Program-made: the position numbers and the translations under genes
Part shown: in pieces, positions 24,413-36,008 of the stretch
Numbering within the stretch: position 1 is the first letter of the stretch
Layout of the letters: every line of letters begins with the position of its first letter
The notes under the pieces: generated by a model
What the model saw: only the letters and a program-made list of their open reading frames with translations
What the model was told of the DNA's origin: nothing
The model's database searches: none
NCBI RefSeq assembly: GCF_030684315.1
Contig: NC_081396.1
Location: forward strand, 2,542,001-2,606,000
DNA from: Stegostoma tigrinum
Lineage: Eukaryota
Reading direction: 5' to 3'
DNA: 64,000 nt

Positions 24413-25599
24413 GTTCAATATCCGAGGATTTTCAGGTTTGATAAATTGGGCGACTCCAACAGATCCTGGTGTGATACTGTTCTGAAGATCAGTCACAACA
24501 AACCTGAATTGTTCATACGGTTTATCTCTCTGCAGATGCAACCAGGCACTCCCCAGCACTTTTCATTTCTGTTACAGTTTTCCAAATCTGCAGAGGAGTT
24601 TTCTTTAATCGTCATAGGATGTTCGCATTGGATTCCAAACTTCAAATCTTCTCCTTCTGTGAAATGGATTAAAAATAGAAAAAAGGAGTGATTAGGAAAG
24701 ATACCACAAAAACAAAGGCAGATTGTGTGAAATTTGAGCTGAATGATTCTAAAACTTCATCCATTCTTTTGTTAGCTCAAAACTTAACTACACTCAGGCA
24801 CTCTCAGCCACCTTCCACATCCCATTTCCCTATAACCTACATATTCTTTTACCACGACCTGCGTAGAATTTTGTTCATAAGGAATGACAGATCTAAAGTA
24901 CTTATTTAATATTTCAGCTGTGACTCATTTTTTTGGTCACAATGAGCCCTATTCTAGATTTACCTTGCCATTACATTTTGAATACCTAAATCAGACGTTT
25001 AGAGCTTCCCAATGTGTTGACCACCAGTCTTTTTTCTAAGCCCCTTTTTACTGGTCTTATTTGTTTTTTCATCTTTCCTCTGAACCTTCTGTATTCTGCC
25101 TGGTTCTAAATGATATTTTCTTTCTAATATCAATTGTAGATGTAATTTTCCTCCTTCACCTTCATTTCATAAGAACAAGAGTTACAAAAGCAGAAGCAGG
25201 CATTCAGCCCTTCAAGTCTCCTCCATTATTCAGAGATCCTGGTTTATCTGATAATCCTCAGTTTCACTCACATTCCTCAATCTCCATTACTGATTAAAAA
25301 TCTGATTAATTGATCACTGTGCCTTAAACGTTCTCCACTCACATTTGGCCCACTTCATTGCCAGGCACCAGCCCTAGCATTGTCTCCTTTCTTTTTGAGA
25401 GTGAACAGGCATTGCTGTTTAAAAGCTTCCTGAACACACTCATGTAACTCTTGCCCGGCACAGTCCTTTACATAACGGTATTCTAGTCAAAAAGCAAAAT
25501 ATTGTGGATGCTAAAAAGCTGAAACAAATACAGAGAATGCTGGAGAAATTCACCTCATTAGAACACGTGGAAATATATTTGTGTTTTGAGTACACTTTA

Positions 25600-26100
25600 C
25601 TGATTGCTATTCTCGCGTCACACCCATCATCACAAAACAAATAGACACCAGTGGCGAGATGTTTACCCACAACGCCCCACGGTGAAGAATGACCCCTATC
25701 CAGGACAGGGGAGAACGGTACGCAGGCGCAGTTCGCCCCAACCGTATCCCGAGCATGCGCAATGACCGTGATGACAATGGGAGGAGAAGCTTCGTTTCAC
25801 TCATCTGCAAAGGGTGAGGGTGCGGGAACACGGAGGGACCACTGGAGCCGGCAGGGGAACGAAGATAGTTTATAAACACTTAATAAATGCTTCGAACCCC
25901 GATTAATTACCTGCAATTTGCCTATTTGTGTTCTTCGGCCCATTACCCGTGAACAGCTGTGGATTACCTGCAACCATCTTGGATACAATGGGATTAGGGC
26001 GCATGCGGGTACATTTGGCATCGTCCCGGAGTAGGCGGGGCTTTAGGTGTTCTATTTTACCTAACCGGGTCCTAGTGCCTCTTAATCAAATACCCGAGCA
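25600..26100 (-). promoter_or_regulatory. CpG-rich promoter of the 23-24 kb ZNF gene
   Basis: NRF1-like cgcaggcgca, gagcatgcgca and gcgcatgcg; GC box aggcgggg. Confidence 0.6.
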
Positions 26101-27823
26101 TGGGGCCACGTATATATTCACTGTGACAGAACAGTCAGCTGCCCAACATTTGGTGACATTTCAGTTCCATTCTCCTGCCTTTGGCCGGTGCACTATGGAG
26201 TCCGTAGGGAACTCGGAGTACTTTCCTTCTGTTAAAACTAATTTGTGGGATTGGAATGGACAGCGTGTTTGCAAAGGGTCACTGTGACTGAACTTTAGAT
26301 ATGCGAGCGTGGGTAAGCCAATTGGCCATGAAGCCTGCTCCGCCATTCAACAAGATCGTGGCTCATCTGATTGTGGTTTAATTTCATTTTTCTGCCAGTT
26401 TTTGCTTCTCCTCTGTCATTATTTCTGTGCCTGGTTGTCTCTGGAGAGGAAGTATGCGGTGACCAGCAGCAGACTTGATACCTAAACAAACAGTGGACAC
26501 CTCTGAGTACATAGTGTCTTAGAGAAACTGAGGAATACTGTCTGATTTCGTTAGAAAAGTTCCCATTTTACATTCCCTTTCTTGGATTTTGTTGCTTTAT
26601 ATTTATATGTAGGCCAGACCAGATCAGAGTTAACAAAGTTTCCCAGACCCAATGACAAAAAAGAGTTGATTTCTGGTCCCTTATCCTGTTTCTGAAATGA
26701 TAATAAATGAATTGTTACAGTTGATTTTAAAGTGATTATTTTAGTTTGTTTGGATGACGTATTGGGTGAACAAAAACGTAAGGAAGGAGTCCCTTCAGGT
26801 AGCTATACAGAGGCTACACCTCTTACATTGAATGCATGTATAAAACCGATGGAACAAAAACCAGAAGTTGTTAGGAAAGCTCAGCAGGCCTGGCAGCATT
26901 TGTGAAGAAAAAAATCAGAGTTAACGTCTCGGGGCTGGTGACCCTTCCTCAGAAAGCCCATGGACTGGTCTCAGCAGCAAATATTGTCCCCCCAGTGCTT
27001 TCTTTCATCCCAATGATGTCAGAGTCTTATGATTGTTCTGTCTGGGTGACAGGTTCCTATCCCTGATGAATACGAGTGAACCAAGCAGTGATTTAATGAC
27101 AATTTGGCAGCTTTAATGGTCACTATTCCCTACTGCCAGTCCCACAAGTTAACTGATCTATTCACCTTGATTTCACAAGATGCCTTTGTTTTGTGCATTA
27201 TTTTACACTCTGTCATTTTTTGTTTGAGATCAATTCCACAGTGTTTTGGAATTTGAAGATATGCAGTCGAGATATATACTAAACACTGTGCCAGGATCAG
27301 ACAGAGTTGCTTAATTTAATGTAAGCTGAAAATTATTGGATTTTTGAGTATGGAAGGCGGATGTACCAGTCACAGTGAAGAGAAACTGTGCACAGGTTCT
27401 GACCTCAGGGCAATGAAAAAAATGCTTCATGTCACCTCGAATCCCTGACAAAACAAGGTCAAAGCTTCCAATTTCTACCATATTGTCTCTTAGCCTCCTC
27501 TTTCTTCAGAAAACTGTTTGAGCTGTTCAGATTTTGCTGCTGATTATTATCTCTGTTCCTGAAAGATTTTTGACTGAATCTTTATTTTCCTGTTCCTTGT
27601 GAGAGTTGCCAGCAGCAGTAACAATTCCTAATCTGCGAGGGATTTTGGTTGGATTATTTGTATTTACAAATTCATTCCCACGCTCAAAAATGCTGTGAAG
27701 TTGATGTAAAATAGAAAAGGTCTGAGTAAGAACCCACAAAAAGAAAAAGGCAGCATGCAAAACTGAACTGAATGAACCTGATGATTTGTGGGGCCACCAT
27801 TTGGAAAATGTGACCATGATCAC

Positions 27824-27918
27824 AGATAATAAAATGTGAGGCTGGATGAACACAGCAGGCCAAGCAGCATCTCAGGAGCACAAAAGCTGACGTTTCGGGC
27901 CTAGACCCTTCATCAGAG
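27824..27918 (-). mobile_element. Penelope family A terminal fragment
   Basis: Near-identical to 63395-63479 and 13295-13342. Confidence 0.85.
27886..27918 (-). ncRNA. Minimal hammerhead ribozyme motif (PLE type) with intact core
   Basis: Minus strand ctCTGATGAagggtctaggcccGAAACGTCag: core CUGAUGA, stem II ggg/ccc, GAAA, predicted GUC cleavage triplet; stem I is very short in this copy. Confidence 0.7.
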
Positions 27919-29454
27919 ATGAAACAGCAGCAATGTCAGTCCCTCTTGGCCATGGGAAATGGTGTTGAGGCTGGAAAAGAAACAAGGAAACAAAAGATGT
28001 GCCTAGAGCCCAGTGTGCAGCTGACCGAGAAACAAATTGAAACAATAAATGAAGACAAAATAAGGGGCAGAGATCAGAGTCTGAAATTATTGGTCTCACT
28101 GGTGAGTGCAGAAACCTGTAAAGCCTGAGACTCTATTTCAGCTAACACAAACATGACAGGCCAAGTGGCCTCGGGCTGTGTTGTGACTTCCTGAAACTTT
28201 TATTCTGAGATTTGGAATTCAATTCTGACGATGTTAATACCCTCTTAAATTGGACTGGAATTTAAAATTCTGGAGAAATGTCAAATAAATCAGCTTTTCT
28301 TCAACACGTCTCTGCAGATTGTTGAATTTCTCCGCTGAGGGTTTAATATCACCTGGAGCTCAGAAAGGTCAACCTTGGGGGAGGATTGTACAGCAGCAAC
28401 AGTACTTCAGCCTGGACACGTCGTTCAAGGTCAAATTGTGGGGAACAAATGGCACTTTGATGTTTCTTGTCTCTCTGACAGCAAAGGCCAGTGTCAGATA
28501 ATCCTGCAGTGTGTAAGAAATGTGTTCCTGCTCCTGTCTTCCATAGCTTAGAGCTCCTGGACACAGTGCAGAATCTTGTTTACAACTGGATTTAGAGTCA
28601 GGAAGAACAATGGTGAATTCTGGAAATATGCTTCAAATCAGAGATTAGTGTAAAACTGTGATCTGTTCCTGGCTGGAAGCGAACCTACAGGTTTAATTTC
28701 CCCTGCACTGGTAAAGTCAAAACAGTGTTTGCTAAACCTGCTACATGGGGATCAAAAGCATGTGAGCAGTAGAAGCAGAGGTATGAGCAGCCTGTCTCAA
28801 TCTCTGCTGAAACCACACAGCATGACCTAGGTAGAAGTGAGAGAAGGCTCTCGGGTATAACGTATACTTCACCAAGATGTGGACCTGGGGAAAGTTGACA
28901 AAATATGAGCTTTTGTTTTTCAATTCTCACACGGAACAAACATTGGTCAGGAAGGGGTTTAGTAGGGGGTTAGTACTGGCAGTGGGAAGTGTTTTTCGTG
29001 AAGGAGTCTTTTATCATGTTCTAATGATGTGTAGCCTACTGTGACTGCCTCTAGGACGTCTATTTCATTCCCACTTGGATATCATTGCACAGCTTGCTCA
29101 CTTTTAATTCACTTGTCCTATCCAGACATTACTGACAAAAAAAAAATCATTCATGCTGTGGACATTTTCACCTGACAGTGCTGCTGAATGGCCTCCCTCT
29201 CTGCACTGGCACGATAACCCTATGTTGCAAACAGAACAGCTGCTCCTGTCTCTCCACACAAATGAAGTCCCAAATCCCTGATGACATTCCTGTAATTCCT
29301 GTCTCAAATAGCTTAATGTTTTTCTGCAAAGGTACGGTCCATATCTAATCTCTTTTCTATAGGGATAGAACTGAAAAGGAGGAAGATGATGTTTCACATA
29401 TTTCAAACCAAAGTTTGACTCCACTGGCAGCTCTGTCAACATTTGTCATCTCCC

Positions 29455-29850
29455 TTTTGAGAAAGGAAATTGAGGTACTGCAAGATGTGTCAGACAGATT
29501 CACAATGATATTATCAGAACTGAGAGCATGTAACCTTCAGGAAAGACTGGGGAGCATTACTCTAGAAAAGAGAAGACTGAAGGGTGAGCAGGTGGGAGTC
29601 CATAAAATGATGAAAGGATTCAATAATCCAATAGGCATTTCAAGAGAAAACTCTTAACCCAGTGAGAGGGTGAGGTGAATGGCAGGAATATATTTAATGG
29701 GAAACTGCATATAGACATGAGGGAGAAAAGAAGGATCTGCTGATGGGGGAGATGAAGACAGGAGGGTGGAAGATCATGTGGAGTATAAATACTGATACAG
29801 TCCATTTGAGGTGATAGGCCTGGCCCTGTAGACTATCCACTCAATGGAAC
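29455..29850 (+). mobile_element. Old CR1 3' fragment
   Basis: ORF 29415 (RKEIEVLQDVSDRFTMILSEL...LEKRRLKG) is homologous to RKDVDALERVQRRFTRML...LEKRRRRG. Confidence 0.7.
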
Positions 29851-30335
29851 AAAGATATGTATTTAGTATTAATTAGAGTGACAGGAGGTTTATTTTATCC
29901 TATACTGTCAATGATATGACTTTCATCAGATTTTGTCAATCATTTCCAAGAGAATCCAGTCCCATGATCAAAGAGCATCAGCCTCACTGGAAGCAAAGTG
30001 GTGAGAGAGACCAGTCCAGCAGGAAGAAACCCTCTGACCCTCCACTTCACCCACTGTCCAAATGAACATGGCTCAGTCTTGGATGTGATTGTCCCCCATT
30101 TTTAAATAATTTCATGGGTACAGTATCAGTGTCTAGGTCAGCATTTACTGCCCATCCCGAATTGTCCTACTTGAGAAGGTGCTGGCGAGTTGCCTACCGG
30201 GACTGCAGTCCTTATGGTGCGGGATCTCCCATAATGCTGTTAGAAGGGAGTTCCAGGATTTTGACCCAGTGACAGTGAAGGAACAGCCAATATATTTCCA
30301 ACTGAGGATAGTGTGCGACATAGAGGGGAGTTTCA

Positions 30336-30632
<297 letters not shown>

Positions 30633-31154
30633 TCACTGGTGTCTTAAAAGGGTGAAATCCTCAGAAATTACTCCTCCCATCCTCGGAGCAAGTGAATGGT
30701 CTCTCTCCAGTGGCAGCATGCTGGTCTTTGCAAGGGCAGATGAGTCAGGGAATTCTTTCCCACATTCCAAGCAAGTTAGCGAGTTTTGAGAAGATTTGTA
30801 GCTCAGGTTGAAGTTCTGGATGTGAGTTTGCTCGCTGAGCTGGAAGGTTCGTTTTCAGACGTTTCATCACCTTTTTTTTTATTGGAAAAAATATACTTTA
30901 TTCATAGAATGTACAAAAAATAAAACATTTATACACCTACCCAGTCATGCAAGCCACTCCGGGTTACCCAGGGGGTACGTACACCAACTAAAGGGAAAAA
31001 AAAACAAAACAGAGAAAAAAAAAACAAAGCAAAGAAACCGCCCCGGCGGTCGTCACCCCGCACAGTCCCAGTTGGCCCCCTGACCAGTTGGGGAAGGCGC
31101 CAGCTGGGCCCAGTTACCAGATAGGATTCTTTTCCCTTTTCTGGACGAGGGGGC

Positions 31155-34100
31155 TCATACGGTGGTCTTTCCCCACCGCGCCTTGGCGGCGGCTGCCCCA
31201 AGCTTTAGCGCGTCCCTCAGCACGTAGCCCTGGACCTTGGAGTGCGCCAGTCTGCAACACTCGGTCGGGGGCAGTTCTTTCAGCTGGCAGACCAGCAAGT
31301 TGCGGGCAGACCAAAGAGCGTCTTTCACCGCATTGATGGTCCTCCAGGCGCAGTTGACGTTGGTCTCGGTGTGCGTCCCCGGAAACAGCCCGTAGAGCAC
31401 GGAGTCCCGCGTCACGGAGCTGCTCGGGACGAACCTCGACAAATACCACTGCATCCCCCTCCAGACCTCCTGCGCATAGGCACACTCCAGAAGGAGGTGA
31501 TCAACAGTCTCGTCCCCCCCGCAGCCACCCCGAGGGCAGCGTGCGGTGGTGCAGAGATTCCGGGCATGCATAAAGGATCTCACTGGCAGAGCCCCTCTCA
31601 CCGCCAGCCAAGCAATGTCCTTGTGCTTGTTTGAAAGTTCTGGCGATGAGGCATTCTGCCAAACGACTTTGGCAGTCTGCATGGGGAACCACACGACGGG
31701 ATCCACCCTCTCCTTTTCCCGAAGGGTCTCGAGGATACTACGTGCTGACCACTGCCTGACGGCCTTGTGGTCAAAGGTGTTTCCTTTCAAAAATTTCTCC
31801 ACGAAGGACAGGTGGTACGGAACGGTCCAACTACTCGGAGCGTTCCGCGGCAACGAGGCCAGGCCCATCCTTCGCAACACCGGGGACAGGTAGAACCTCA
31901 GTAAGTAGTGACACTTGGTGTTTGCGTACTGAGGATCTACGCACAGCTTGATGCAGCCACACACAAAGGTAGCCGTCAGGGCGAGGGTGGCGTTCGGTAC
32001 GCCCTTTCCCCCATTTCCCAGGTCTTTGTACATGGTATCTCTGCGGACCCGGTCCATCCTCGACCCCCAAATGAAGTGGAAGATGGCCCGGGTGACCGCA
32101 GCGGCGCAGGTCCAGGTAATAGGCCAGGCCTGCGCCACATACAACAGTACCGAAAGCCCCTCGCACCTGACAACCAGGTTCTTACCTGCGATGGAGGGAC
32201 CGGAGCGTCCACCTGCCCAGCTTCTGCTTAAATTTGGAGATACGCTCCTCCCAAGTCTTAGTGCATGCCCCAGCTCCACCAAACCAAACACCCAGCACCT
32301 TCAGGTAGTCTGTCCTGACGGTGAAGGGGATGAAGGAGCGGTCGTCCCAGTTCCTGAAGAACATGACCTCGCTCTTACCCCTATTGACTTTGGCACCCGA
32401 GGCCAGTTCAAACTGGCCGCAGATGTCCAACAGCCTACTCACCGACCGACGATCGGTGCAGAAGACGGCGACATCGTCCATGTACAGGGAGGTCTTGACC
32501 TGAAGGCCTCCGCTGCCTGGGATAGTCACGCCCTTCAGGCTCACGTCCTTCCTGATGGAGGCGGCGAAGGGCTCCACACAGCACACGAACAAGGCAGGAG
32601 AGAGCGGGCAGCCCTGCCTGACTCCAGATCTAACAGGAAAACTGTCTGATTCCCACCCGTTGATCGAGACTGCGCTAACGATGTTGGCGTAGAGCAGCCG
32701 GATCCAATTGCGGATACCATCCCCGAACCCCAATTTGGAGAGGACGTCCCTCATGTAAGCATGAGAGACCCTGTCGAAGGCCTTCTCCTGGTCCAGGCTG
32801 ACGAGGCAGGTGTCCACCCACCTGTCCTGTACGTAGGCGATTGTATTCCTGATGAGCGCGAGGCTCTCAGCGATCTTCCTGCCCGGCACAGCACAGGTTT
32901 GGTCAGGGTGAATCACCGACTCCAGGACAGACCTGACCCGGTTGGCAATGACCTTGGCCAGGATTTTGTAGTCCACGTTCAAAAGTGAAATGGGACGCCA
33001 ATTCTTAATTTCTTCCCTCTCCCCCTTCCTCTTGTAAATGAGGGTGATGATGCCCTTCCTCATGGACTTGCACATTTCCCCTGCCCGAAGCGCACTATCG
33101 TACACCTCCAGCAGGTCCTGGCCGACCAGGCCCCACAGAGCAGAATACAGCTCGACCGGTAAGCCATCACTTCCGGGAGTCCTATTCCTCTGCAAGGACT
33201 TGAGGGCTCTGGCCAGCTCGTCCAGGGATATCGGCCGGTCCAGCCACTCCCTCGTGCCGTCATCTAAGACCTCCGTGATAGACGACAGGAACGACGCGGA
33301 GGCCGTGCTGTCCGTGGGCTTCGTGTCGTACAGTCCGGCATAGAAGGATCTGCTGATCCTCAAAACGTCAGGCCGAGACGACGTCACCGAGCCGTCGTCC
33401 TCCTTCAGCCGGCTAAGCACAGAGCTCTCTTTGTGCACCTTCTGAAAGAAGAAACGCGAGCACGTCTCGTCCTGCTCCACGGAGCGGACCCTGGACCGGA
33501 AGATTATCCTGGAGGCCTCCGCGGCGAAGAGCGAGGCTTGCTGGCCCCTCACCTCGCGGAGGTCCTCCGTGACATCGACCCCCATCAACTGCAGAAGGAG
33601 CAGGTTCTGCACCCTTTTCTGGAGTCGCGACAGCTTTCCCCGCCTCTCTCTTGCCTTCTGAACACCCTTGAGGACAAAGAACCTCTTGATGTTCTCCTTC
33701 ACCGTCTCCCACCAGTCGCCTGGAGACTCAAAGAGGGGTTTCACGGTCCTCCAACCGGTGTACTCCCTCTTAAGCTCCTCGACGTTCTCTGGGGTCAACA
33801 GTTGTGTTGAGCTTCCACGTCCCCTTGCCGGCCGGCTGGTCGTCCTGTAAGTGACAGTCGGCCAACAGGAGGCAGTGGTCAGAGAAGAACACCGGCTCGA
33901 CACCAGTGGATCTGACCGAGAACGTCCGTGACACAAACAGGAAGTCTATCCTTGAGCGGATAGACCCGTCTGGCCGCGACCAGGTGTACCTCCGCTGCGC
34001 TCTGTCTGCAGGGGTGCTGAAGACGTCGAGCAGCTTGGCGTCCTTCATCGTGCCCATCAGGAATCTGGACGTGACGTCCAGTTGACTCCCCCCACCCGCT

Positions 34101-34570
34101 GTCCCCACGCCGGATCTTCCATCTGGATCGATGATGCAGTTGAAGTCTCCACCTAGGATGACCGGCCTGGATGTAGCCAGCAGGGGTGGAAGCCGCTGCA
34201 GGACGGCCAACCGCTCACTCCGTACCGCTGGGGCGTACACGTTGATCAGCCTCAGGGGAGCGTTCCTGTAGGTGATGTCAGCCACTAGGAGGCGCCCCCC
34301 CACCACCTCCTGAACTTGAGAGATGGTGAAGTTGTGCCCCCGCAGCAGAATAGCCAGGCCCGAGGAGCGACAGTCGTTACCCCCCGACCAGATTGAAGGC
34401 CCACAGGTCCAGGCGCCGGACCATTTCCCGTACCTGCCGAGGTGCGGTATCCCGCACTCCTGCAGAAACAGGAGGTCTGCCTTGATGGTGGTCAGCTAGG
34501 CCAACGTGGATACACATCTCGTGGTTGACTTGACGCTGCGCACATTAATGCTCGCAATTCGTACCCCCAT
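31155..34570 (-). pseudogene. Tx1-like ORF2: APE endonuclease, RT and C-terminal Cys/His motif; three lesions
   Basis: ATG at 34570 (MGVRIASINV); LQE, GDFN and SDH motifs; RT motifs WRPISLLNVDYK, QGCPLSP, YMDD; CPRGGCGGDETVDHLLLEC; in-frame TAG at 34498-34496 and frameshifts near 33800 and 32195. Confidence 0.9.
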
Positions 34571-36008
34571 TGTGGGCAGTGACCGCAGTACCCCCCCCAA
34601 GTCCAAGGTCCAGCCCCTCCATCTGTCCCTTCATGCCCATTGCCCGGGCTAACTGCTGGACGCTCTCTGGGCTCAGGAAACCGTCTGTGCTGCCTTCCGG
34701 GTGGCATCCCCCCGTCAGGGGTGCGGAGGCAGGAGGGTCCGGCTCCGGATCAGGCTGGGGACGTGCTGTTTCCTCCTTCCCGCCTGGAAGTTCCGGGGGG
34801 CCCTCCAGTGCTCCAGCGGCACTTGACTGGGTGTCGGAGTGAGCCTCAGGACGCCTCCAATCACCTGGAAGCGGGGTGCTGCTTTCCTTCCCCCTCGAGA
34901 CCTTTAACTTCTGCTTCGGGTGGGCCCTCTCCGAATCCTCCTCGTCAGAGGAGCTCTTATAGCCCCCCTGTAGCTGTCTCTTCCCTCCTGATTGTTGCAG
35001 TTCCTGGGCCCGTCGACGCACCTTCCTCCTCGCTTTCCGGACTGTAGTCCACTCCCCTGGGTCGCCTGTCGCCGCCTCCATTGGCTCCGGGTTGTCGGGG
35101 GAGATTGGAGCCTGCAGGGGTGCTTTGCTGGCCTCGGGCCCATCCTGCAGGGCTGGGCCCTCCTGCACGGCCTGGCCCTCCTGCACATTAGTGGGGTCCT
35201 TGCTGGGCCCTGGTGCCTTCCTCTCCTCCGGGGGGGCTGGCCCCGCATTTCCCCTGCCGGCGACCTGGGCGTAGGTGGTACCTCGCCGCGGGCATGCCCT
35301 ATAGAAGTGGCCCGCTTCCCCGCAAAGGTTGCAGCTTCTCTCTCGTGGGCAATCCTTTGCAAGGTGTCCCTCCTCCCTGCAGTTCCTGCAGATGGTGACT
35401 TTGCAGTCGGCCGCCACGTGACCTGACCTACCACAGGCATGGCAGACTTTAGGTTGCCCTGCATAGGTCAGGTAGCCCCTGCTCCCGCCGATCGCGAAGC
35501 TGGACGGTGGGTGTGCGACATTCCCGTCTGCGCCCATCCTCAGCGTCACCTTGACCTGCCTCTTACTCGTCCAGATGCCAAAGGGGTCCACCATGTCAGT
35601 TAGGTCCCCTTCCACCTTCACATACCTTCCGAGGAAGGTCAGGACATCAGCTGCTGGCACATGCGGGTTGTACATGTGTACAGTCACCATACGGCTCCTC
35701 TGCGCTGGCATCACAAACAGTGGGACAGCGGTCAATACAGAGAGGGGGCCCTCACCTCCTTTCTCCTTGAAAACCTCCAGGAAGCGCTCGCAAAGCTTGG
35801 CACTCCGGAAGGTCACATCGTAAAAACCCCCTCCGGGGAAATCCTGCAGGCAGTAAATGTCCGCAGCAGCGAACCCACAACAGTCCAACAGGACCCTCTT
35901 CACGAAGAAGGTGCGGTCCACAGGTGCACCCTCATCCACCTTCTTTACGGAAACACGGATGGTGTTCCGGACCCCCTGACCTGGGGCACGAGCACTTGCC
36001 GCAGCCAT
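34545..36008 (-). CDS. Tx1-like ORF1 nucleic-acid-binding protein with three CCHC zinc knuckles
   Basis: Open frame from MAAASARAPG; knuckles CHACGRSGHVAADC, CRNCREEGHLAKDC, CNLCGEAGHFYRAC; overlaps the ORF2 start by 26 nt. Confidence 0.9.
   Translation of the reverse strand: MAAASARAPGQGVRNTIRVSVKKVDEGAPVDRTFFVKRVLLDCCGFAAADIYCLQDFPGGGFYDVTFRSAKLCERFLEVFKEKGGEGPLSVLTAVPLFVMPAQRSRMVTVHMYNPHVPAADVLTFLGRYVKVEGDLTDMVDPFGIWTSKRQVKVTLRMGADGNVAHPPSSFAIGGSRGYLTYAGQPKVCHACGRSGHVAADCKVTICRNCREEGHLAKDCPRERSCNLCGEAGHFYRACPRRGTTYAQVAGRGNAGPAPPEERKAPGPSKDPTNVQEGQAVQEGPALQDGPEASKAPLQAPISPDNPEPMEAATGDPGEWTTVRKARRKVRRRAQELQQSGGKRQLQGGYKSSSDEEDSERAHPKQKLKVSRGKESSTPLPGDWRRPEAHSDTQSSAAGALEGPPELPGGKEETARPQPDPEPDPPASAPLTGGCHPEGSTDGFLSPESVQQLARAMGMKGQMEGLDLGLGGGTAVTAHNGGTNCEH

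Noticed and set aside
24413-24559. N-terminal extension of the 504-aa ORF
   Set aside because: Begins at a non-ATG codon and corresponds to the leader that is non-coding in paralogues; ATG 24412 matches the family start context.
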